A stretch of 32,000 bases of DNA. Source: Paracoccus suum. Its GTDB lineage: Bacteria > Pseudomonadota > Alphaproteobacteria > Rhodobacterales > Rhodobacteraceae. Each line of letters begins with the position of its first letter. The stretch's first letter is position 1. The notes under the pieces were generated by a model that was not told the DNA's origin, ran no database searches, and saw only the letters and a list, made by a program, of their open reading frames with translations. The position numbers and the translations under genes are program-made. Positions 25,471 through 32,000 of this stretch are shown in pieces. The stretch spans positions 1,710,001 through 1,742,000 of the forward strand of contig NZ_CP030918.1 of assembly GCF_003324675.1 (NCBI RefSeq), given 5' to 3'.

Positions 25471-26250
25471 TCAGTTGCCGTTGTTGAACATCTGGGCGTT
25501 GCCGGGCTGATAGCCGGAGCCAGGCGTCAGGAACCGGCGGCGTTGTTCGCGCCCCTGTTCGGCTGCGGCAGCCCTTTCTGCTTCGGTCAGCGCCCCGGCA
25601 CGTCCATCGGCCGCGAGCAATGCGACAAGATCGGAGAGCTGCTGCGACTGGAGAGCGAGAAGCTGGTTGCCGGCCTGGGTCGCCTGGAGCGCGCCTGTCG
25701 CCCCCTGGCTTTGGCCGAGCAGCGTCGAAACTTCGGCGCGGTTCGTGTCGATGTTGCCGACCACGCCGGCCTGGACGCGCATGGCGTCCTGCAGTCCGCC
25801 CACGGTGTTCTGCCAGCGTGAGCGTGCATCGGCGACGAGCTGTTGATCCGTCGTCGACAGTGAGACATTGCCGTATTGTTGCTGAAAGGCCCGATCGATG
25901 CTCTGAACATCGAACGCGATGTTCTGAGCCTGGCTCAGAAGCTGTTGCGTGCGCTGAAAGCCCTGTTGAAGCTGCTGGAGCGAGGAATGCGGCAGGCTCG
26001 CGAGATTGCGCGCCTGATTGATGAGCATCTGCGCTTCATTCTGGAGCTGTGTGATCTGGTTGTTGATCTGCTCCAGCGTGCGCGCGGCAGTGAGCACGTT
26101 CTGCGCGTAATTGGACGGATCATAGACGATCCGTCCGAAGCCAAATTGAGCATGCGCCGGAGAGATGAAGATCGGCGACAGGGCGACGGGCATCGCCAGC
26201 ATTGTCGCGGCCATGAATAGTGCGCGCGAGCGGGAACGATGGATGGTCAT
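25471..26250 (-). CDS. trbJ: Conjugal transfer protein TrbJ (VirB5 family)
   Basis: Signal peptide ...SPAHA-QF, then GRIVYDPSNYAQNVLTAARTLEQINNQITQLQNEAQML. ATG 26250 (ATGA overlap with trbE) preferred over the longer ORF-track start. Confidence 0.88.
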   Translation of the reverse strand: MTIHRSRSRALFMAATMLAMPVALSPIFISPAHAQFGFGRIVYDPSNYAQNVLTAARTLEQINNQITQLQNEAQMLINQARNLASLPHSSLQQLQQGFQRTQQLLSQAQNIAFDVQSIDRAFQQQYGNVSLSTTDQQLVADARSRWQNTVGGLQDAMRVQAGVVGNIDTNRAEVSTLLGQSQGATGALQATQAGNQLLALQSQQLSDLVALLAADGRAGALTEAERAAAAEQGREQRRRFLTPGSGYQPGNAQMFNNGN

Positions 26251-28703
26251 GACGTAGTCTCCTTGGGGGCTGGGGGAACGAGATTGGCGAGATCGGGGAT
26301 AAGGTCGGCGGCCCAGTCGACGCCGCGCAGGCGCAGCCATGCGGGGAGGAACCCGTCTGGCCCATGCTCGGCGAAGATCCTGGCGATGGCCGTCTGATCG
26401 GTTTTGGAAGAAGCCGCGGTGAGCGCGAGGCCCACTTCGGAGAGGCCCAGGTCGAACAAGCGATTGCCGCGTCGCGACTGGCAGTAGTAGTCCCGCTTCG
26501 GGGTGGCCCGCGCGAGGATCTCGATCTGCCGATCATTCAATCCGAAGCGACGATAGATTGCGGTGATCTGGGGCTCGATCGCCCGCTCGTTAGGCAGCAG
26601 CAGCCGAGTCGGGCAGCTTTCGATGATGGCCGGGGCGATCGCCGAGCCATCAATGTCGCTGAGCGATTGGGTGGCGAAGATGACCGATGCGTTCTTCTTG
26701 CGAAGGGTCTTCAGCCATTCGCGGAGCTGACCTGCGAAGCCTTCGTCATCGAGGGCGAGCCAGCCTTCGTCGATGATCAGCAGTGTGGGCGATCCGTCGA
26801 GGCGATCGCCGATGCGGTGAAAGAGATAGGCGAGAACGGCGGGCGCTGAGCCTGTGCCGACAAGGCCCTCGATCTCGAACGCCTGCACCGCTGCATGCCC
26901 GAGATGCTCGTTCTCGGCATCAAGAAGCCGACCATAAGGCCCGCCGACGCAATAGGACCGCAAGGCTTGCTTGAGATCGTTCGATTGCAGCAGCACGCAC
27001 AGGCCGGTGATGGTCCGTTCTTGGACAGGGGCGGAGGCGAGCGACGTTAAGGCGGACCAGAGGTGTTCCTTCACCTCTGGCGTGATCTGGATGCCTTCGC
27101 GCATGAGGATGGCGATGAGCCAGTCAGCGGCCCAGGCGCGTTCGGGCACGTCATGGACGCGCGCGAGAGGCTGAAGTGATACGGAAGACTCGGCGCCGTC
27201 CGTCAGATCACCGCCAAGGTCGTGCCAATCGCCGCCCATCGCCAATGCCGCGGCCCGAATGGAGCCGCCGAAGTCGAAGGCGAAAACCTGAGAATTTTCG
27301 TAGCGGCGGAATTGGAGCGCCATCAGCGCCAGCAGCACGGACTTGCCCGCACCAGTCGGACCGACGACGAGCGTATGGCCGACATCTCCGACATGAAGGG
27401 AAAACCGGAACGGGGTGCTTCCTTCGGTCTTGCCGAACAGCAAGGGGGGCGACCCGAAGTGCTCGTCCCGTTCCGGCCCCGCCCACACCGCTGAAAGCGG
27501 GATCATGTGGGCGAGATTGAGCGTGGAAATCGGCGGCTGCCGAACATTGGCGTAGACATTGCCCGGCAGCGAGCCGAGCCATGCGTCTACGGCGTTGATG
27601 GTCTCGGGCATGGCGGTGAAGTCGCGGCCCTGGACCACCTTCTCGACCAAACGCAGCTTTTCGTCAGCGATCCGCGGGTCGTTGTCCCAGACGGTGATGG
27701 TCGCCGTGACATAAGCCTGGCCGGCATAGTCGGCCCCTAGTTCCTGAAGTGCGAGATCGGCGTCTGCGGCCTTATTGGCTGCGTCGGTGTCAACGAGGGC
27801 GGACGCCTCGTTGGTCATGACCTCTTTCAGGATTGCGGCGATAGATTTGCGCTTGGCGAACCATTGCCGCCGGATCTTTGTCAGCAGCTTGGTGGCGTCG
27901 GTCTTGTCGAGCAGGATTGCCCGTGTCGACCAGCGATAGGGGAATGCAAGACGGTTCAGCTCGTCCAGGATTCCGGGTGTCGTCGCGGTGGGAAAGCCGA
28001 CGATAGTCAGGATGCGAAGGTCGGAATGTCCCAGACGCGGCTCAAGCCCGCCGGTAAGCGGCTGATCGGCGAGCAGCGCATCCAGATAGATCGGCGTTTC
28101 GGGGACCCGCACCCGATGACGGTTGGTTGAAACGCAGGAATGCAGATAGGTCAGTGTCTCGGCGTCATCGAGCCAGCCGCATTCCGGCATAAAGCCATCG
28201 AGCAGCGACAGCACCCGGTCGGTGCGATCGATGAAGCCGCGCAGGACCTCATGCGGATCGACGCCGCTTCGGTCGCGTCCCTCATAGAGCCATGCTTCAG
28301 TCCGCGCCGCATCTTCGGCCGGCGGGAGATAGGTGAAGGTGAGGAAGTAGCCGGAAATGAAATGGGCGCCGGCTTCCTCGAAGTCCGCCTTGCGCTCGGC
28401 ATCGACCAAGGCCGACGCCGGATCGGGAAAACGGCTCTCGGGATAGGTCGAGGCTTCGTGCCGTTGCGCTTCAACGAAGATCGCCCAGCCAGAGCCGAGC
28501 CGACGGAAGGCGTTGTTGAGGCGTCGCGCGACTGCAACCAATTCGGCCGCAACGGCACTGTCGAGGTCGGGGCCGCGGAAGCGTGCGGTACGCTGGAACG
28601 AACCGTCCTTGTTGAGGACGGCGCCCTGGCCCACCAGAGCCGCCCAAGGCAGGAAATCCGCCAGGCGGCTGGAAGTGCGGCGATATTCAGCGAGGTTCAT
28701 CAT
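26247..28703 (-). CDS. trbE: Conjugal transfer ATPase TrbE (VirB3/VirB4 family)
   Basis: MMNLAEYRR...SRLADFLPW, Walker A GPTGAGKS, and Walker B LLIIDEGW. Start at ATG 28703; the ORF-track extension is Ser/Pro-rich junk. Confidence 0.93.
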   Translation of the reverse strand: MMNLAEYRRTSSRLADFLPWAALVGQGAVLNKDGSFQRTARFRGPDLDSAVAAELVAVARRLNNAFRRLGSGWAIFVEAQRHEASTYPESRFPDPASALVDAERKADFEEAGAHFISGYFLTFTYLPPAEDAARTEAWLYEGRDRSGVDPHEVLRGFIDRTDRVLSLLDGFMPECGWLDDAETLTYLHSCVSTNRHRVRVPETPIYLDALLADQPLTGGLEPRLGHSDLRILTIVGFPTATTPGILDELNRLAFPYRWSTRAILLDKTDATKLLTKIRRQWFAKRKSIAAILKEVMTNEASALVDTDAANKAADADLALQELGADYAGQAYVTATITVWDNDPRIADEKLRLVEKVVQGRDFTAMPETINAVDAWLGSLPGNVYANVRQPPISTLNLAHMIPLSAVWAGPERDEHFGSPPLLFGKTEGSTPFRFSLHVGDVGHTLVVGPTGAGKSVLLALMALQFRRYENSQVFAFDFGGSIRAAALAMGGDWHDLGGDLTDGAESSVSLQPLARVHDVPERAWAADWLIAILMREGIQITPEVKEHLWSALTSLASAPVQERTITGLCVLLQSNDLKQALRSYCVGGPYGRLLDAENEHLGHAAVQAFEIEGLVGTGSAPAVLAYLFHRIGDRLDGSPTLLIIDEGWLALDDEGFAGQLREWLKTLRKKNASVIFATQSLSDIDGSAIAPAIIESCPTRLLLPNERAIEPQITAIYRRFGLNDRQIEILARATPKRDYYCQSRRGNRLFDLGLSEVGLALTAASSKTDQTAIARIFAEHGPDGFLPAWLRLRGVDWAADLIPDLANLVPPAPKETTS

Positions 28704-28716
28704 GAGCGCTGCTCCT

Positions 28717-28998
28717 TCAGACCGACAGGTGGCCGGGGATGCGCAGATGCCTCCGGCCGACCTCGACGAAGAGCGGGTCGCGCTTGGCGGCCCAGACGGC
28801 GGCGAAGTGGCCGACAACCCAGATGGCCAGGCCGACAAGCCAGAGGCGCAGACCGAGGCCAACGGCTCCGGCCAAAGTGCCGTTCATGATGGCGATGGAG
28901 CGCGGTGCGCCGCCGAGTAGGATGTGCTCGGTTAGCGCCCGGTGGACCTGCACGGTGAAGCCCGGCACCTCGTCGAGCTGTTCCAGCCTCCCCGCCAT
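28717..28998 (-). CDS. trbD: Conjugal transfer protein TrbD (VirB3-like)
   Basis: 93 aa: VHRALTEHILLGGAPRSIAIMNG plus a TM segment. TGATG overlap with trbC. Confidence 0.8.
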   Translation of the reverse strand: MAGRLEQLDEVPGFTVQVHRALTEHILLGGAPRSIAIMNGTLAGAVGLGLRLWLVGLAIWVVGHFAAVWAAKRDPLFVEVGRRHLRIPGHLSV

Positions 28999-29330
28999 CA
29001 CACGAGCGCCCCGCCGCCGAACGAGAAGAAGGAGAGAAAGAAGCTGGATGCGGCGAACGCGATCGACAGACCGAACACGATCTGAATCAGACGGCGGAAC
29101 CCGCCGGACGAGTCGCCGAAGGCCAGTGTGAGGCCGGTGACGATGATGATGATGACCGCGACGATCTTGGCGACCGGGCCCTCGATCGATTGCAGGATCG
29201 ATTGAAGCGGCGCTTCCCAGGGCATGGACGAACCGGAAGCGTGAGCGGCGGGGGCGAGGATCAGGGTCGCATAGGTGACGGCTGCTACTGCCGTGACATG
29301 GCGGCGGATGCGCCGGGCGTGACGGATCAT
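28998..29330 (-). CDS. trbC: Conjugal transfer pilin precursor TrbC (VirB2 family)
   Basis: 110 aa with a long signal peptide (..LAPAAHA-SG) and two hydrophobic helices. ATGA overlap with trbB. Confidence 0.8.
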   Translation of the reverse strand: MIRHARRIRRHVTAVAAVTYATLILAPAAHASGSSMPWEAPLQSILQSIEGPVAKIVAVIIIIVTGLTLAFGDSSGGFRRLIQIVFGLSIAFAASSFFLSFFSFGGGALV

Positions 29331-30316
29331 GAGGGATCTCCTGTTGGGCTTGAGGCTGAGGTTGCGGGAGTGACGCGGTAGTCGCCGTCCGGGCCGAGGC
29401 CATCGACGCACGCGAGTTCGGCGAGCCGGCGTTGCGAGCCGCGACCAGCGAGAACAGCGACGAGGTCGATGGTCTCCGCGATCAGCGCTCTTGGGACGGT
29501 GACGACGGCTTCCTGGATGAGTTGCTCGAGGCGGCGCAGCGCACCGATCCCTGTGCCGGCATGGATGGTGCCGATGCCGCCCGGATGACCCGTTCCCCAG
29601 GCCTTGAGCAGGTCGAGAGCTTCGGAGCCGCGGACCTCTCCGATCGGAATGCGGTCTGGTCGCAATCGCAGCGAGGACCGCACCAGATCCGACAAGGTGG
29701 CGACACCGTCTTTGGTGCGCATGGCGACGAGGTTGGGTGCGGAGCATTGCAGCTCGCGCGTGTCCTCGATGATGACGACGCGATCCGTGGTCTTGGAGAC
29801 CTCGGCGAGCAACGCATTGGTGAGTGTGGTCTTGCCGGTCGAGGTGCCGCCGGCGACAAGGATGTTGGCTCGGGCGGCGACCGCCCCGCGAAGCGTCTCG
29901 GCCTGGTCCGCCGACATGATTCCGGCGGCCACATAGTCGTCGAGCGTGAATACTGCGACGGCAGGTTTGCGGATCGCGAAAGCCGGCGCCGCAACAACTG
30001 GGGGCAACAGCCCCTCAAACCGCTCCCCCGTCTCGGGTAGTTCGGCCGACACCCGCGGATTGCCGGGATGGACCTCGGCGCCGACATGGTGCGCGACGAG
30101 TCGTACGATCCGTTCGCCATCTGCGGGCGCCAGACGCTCGCCTGTGTCGGACAATCCTTCGGACAGCCGGTCGATCCAGAGCCGGCCGTCAGGATTGAGC
30201 ATCACCTCGACGATCGACGAATCTTCCAGAAACCGCGCGATGGCCGGTCCAAGGGCTGTGCGCAGCATGCGTGCGCCGCGCGTGATCGCGTCCGATTTCT
30301 GGTGAGATGCCGCCAT
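29327..30316 (-). CDS. trbB: Conjugal transfer ATPase TrbB (VirB11 family)
   Basis: Walker [10 protein letters not shown], Asp box VIIEDTRE, Walker B-like [14 protein letters not shown], and His box [11 protein letters not shown]. Confidence 0.93.
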   Translation of the reverse strand: MAASHQKSDAITRGARMLRTALGPAIARFLEDSSIVEVMLNPDGRLWIDRLSEGLSDTGERLAPADGERIVRLVAHHVGAEVHPGNPRVSAELPETGERFEGLLPPVVAAPAFAIRKPAVAVFTLDDYVAAGIMSADQAETLRGAVAARANILVAGGTSTGKTTLTNALLAEVSKTTDRVVIIEDTRELQCSAPNLVAMRTKDGVATLSDLVRSSLRLRPDRIPIGEVRGSEALDLLKAWGTGHPGGIGTIHAGTGIGALRRLEQLIQEAVVTVPRALIAETIDLVAVLAGRGSQRRLAELACVDGLGPDGDYRVTPATSASSPTGDPS

Positions 30317-30585
30317 GTCGTCCCCTTGCGGCCAGGGACCGTTCAGCCGGCCCTGGATCGGGGACGATTAAAAGAGCCCGAAGTTGGGCTGATTCAACAA
30401 GTCTTTGTCGGAGTAGTAGCGTGGCGTGCAAATACAGGAGAATGGCGGTTAAGCTGGAAGCCGCTATGGTCTGCGCCCAGACGCCCGAATCCATACGCCA
30501 TGCGCGTTGCTATACCTACCTCTCGCCATGATCGCCCGGTTCACCGGCGTGGTCATTTGCTGAAATTGCCAAGAAAGCATCTTTG

Positions 30586-31203
30586 ATGAGCAAACTCCCT
30601 GTCGCGCCGAAAGGTTGTTCGGAGATCCCAGGCGGCCACATCGCTACCATCGTGACAAATCTTGAGATGTTGCAGAAGCCGTTGCTTCGGCCGGCAACTA
30701 TGCCGGAAGACGTCACCTTTGTGCGGATGGTCGATCCTGACCTGAGTGAATACCGGGCATTGTTTCTCAAGGTTGGCGAACGCTGGATGTGGTTCTCCCG
30801 GGTGCTGATGGAAGACGGCGCCTTGCGGGAAATTCTGACCAATCCGAAAGTAGAGAGTTTCGAGATCCGTGAGGGGAACGAGGCGATCGGCTTGCTTGAA
30901 CTCGATTTCAGTGAACTCGACCAGTGTGAGTTGTCATTTCTTGGTCTCACCGCCGCGGCGACGGGAAAAGGGCTCGGGCGCGCGATCATGAATGTCGCCG
31001 TCGAACAGGCCTGGTCTCGGCAGATCAGGCGATTCTGGGTGCATACTTGCACGTTTGATCATCCAGCAGCGCTCGAATTCTACATTCGAACGGGCTTTAC
31101 GCCCTTCAGTCGGCAACTAGAGGTGGTGCCTGACCCGCGACTGAGCGGTGTCCTACCCATGCACGCTGCACCCCACGTGCCGATCATCCAGCCGCAACCA
31201 TGA
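30586..31203 (+). CDS. GNAT-family N-acetyltransferase
   Basis: About 205 aa. The acetyl-CoA binding-type segment LTAAATGKGLGRAIMN is followed by a FYIRTGF-like motif (EFYIRTGFTPF). Confidence 0.7.
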   Translation: MSKLPVAPKGCSEIPGGHIATIVTNLEMLQKPLLRPATMPEDVTFVRMVDPDLSEYRALFLKVGERWMWFSRVLMEDGALREILTNPKVESFEIREGNEAIGLLELDFSELDQCELSFLGLTAAATGKGLGRAIMNVAVEQAWSRQIRRFWVHTCTFDHPAALEFYIRTGFTPFSRQLEVVPDPRLSGVLPMHAAPHVPIIQPQP

Positions 31204-31400
31204 CCTTCGGACGATTTCGAGCGCAGCATCATGCAACGGGACCGAATTCCCAATCGAAACTTTGTGCCTAAGGTGAGAAGATAGATGTCTGTGGGGAACC
31301 TTCTCTGATGTGGTGGGACGTATATTGCCCACGTCGCTGGAGCGCACATCGTAACCCTCAAATGCGTTGCATCATCGTCGACCTTTAAGGGAATAAGAGG

Positions 31401-32000
31401 ATGCGTTTCTCCATCCACACGCTCGGCACGCGCGGCGACTTTCAGCCTTATCTGGCGCTCTCCCGTGGGCTCAAGGCGCGCGGGCACGAGGTGCTGATTG
31501 TTGCACCAGCTCAATTCGCCGAGATGGCAGCGGCCGAGGGCGTTGCGTTTGCGCCTTTGCCAGCCGAGTTCCTGGATCTGCTCGAAACCGCCGAAGCGAA
31601 AAAGGCTATCGGCAGCTCGGGCGCTGGTTTTGCAGCCGGCTTTAAGCTGCTGCGGTATTATCGCGAGATAGGCCGAAAGCTGCTTGATGCCGAGTGAGAT
31701 GCCGCTCGCATGTTCGCTCCCGAAGCAATCTTGTTCCACCCCAAGGCGCTAGGCGCACCCCATATCGCGGCGAAGCTCGGCGTACCACTCTTCCTCGCAC
31801 CGCCGCTGCCGGGCTTCACCTATACGTCGGCTTTTCCGACACCAATCCTCCCGTTCGGTTCGCTTGGACCGCTCAATCGAATAAGTCATGCCCTGATGAT
31901 CCACGGCGGGCCCACGCTGTTTGCAAAGACGATCCGCGCATGGCGAGCCGAGGCGCTCGGGACCTCCGCTCGCGGCAAAGCGGCTCCGCTGACTGGCACA
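31401..32000 (+). pseudogene. GT1-family (MGT/UDP-glycosyltransferase-like) glycosyltransferase with an in-frame TGA at 31695-31697; 3' end outside the window
   Basis: N-terminus MRFSIHTLGTRGDFQPYLALSRGLKARGHEV is typical of GT1. After the TGA the same frame continues with homologous-looking sequence (DAARMFAPEAILFHPKALGAPHIAAKLGVPLFLAPPLPGFT...) to the window end. Confidence 0.65.

Larger units (their letters stand above)
20734..30316 (-). mobile_element. P-type (Trb, MPF-T) mating-pair-formation module of an ICE or plasmid-derived element
   Basis: Ten or eleven translationally coupled genes, trbB-C-D-E-J-K-L-F-G-I-DUF2274, with no interruptions. No coupling protein, relaxase or integrase is seen in the window. 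Confidence 0.75.

Overview
High-GC alphaproteobacterial-type DNA, read by eye. The window splits into three blocks.

(1) 1-4000 is a very GC-rich housekeeping block: the 3' end of a Rieske-type oxygenase alpha subunit, metG, a cupin, and arginase.

(2) 4039-4534 is an unusual tRNA locus. A truncated, intronless 5' half of tRNA-Leu(UAA) sits 157 bp upstream of a complete tRNA-Leu(UAA). The complete gene is interrupted in its anticodon loop by a 215-nt group I (IC3-like) intron.

(3) From about 4.5 kb onward the DNA is visibly less GC-rich and looks accessory. It contains:
- small membrane and hypothetical ORFs;
- an MhpD-like hydratase, a porin and a dapA-like gene;
- a complete kdpFABC-kdpDE potassium-pump locus, with two extra unannotated small membrane ORFs and a ptsN (EIIA-Ntr) paralog attached;
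- a LysR regulator;
- a contiguous P-type conjugative mating-pair-formation module (trbB-C-D-E-J-K(alt)-L-F-G-I plus DUF2274) on the minus strand, with no traG or relaxase next to it;
- a GNAT acetyltransferase and a glycosyltransferase broken by an in-frame TGA.

I saw no rRNA, CRISPR array or IS element. The most interesting signals are the intron-containing tRNA-Leu(UAA) with its truncated neighbour, which may be an island junction, and the elaborated kdp locus. All calls rest on manual motif recognition; no searches were run.
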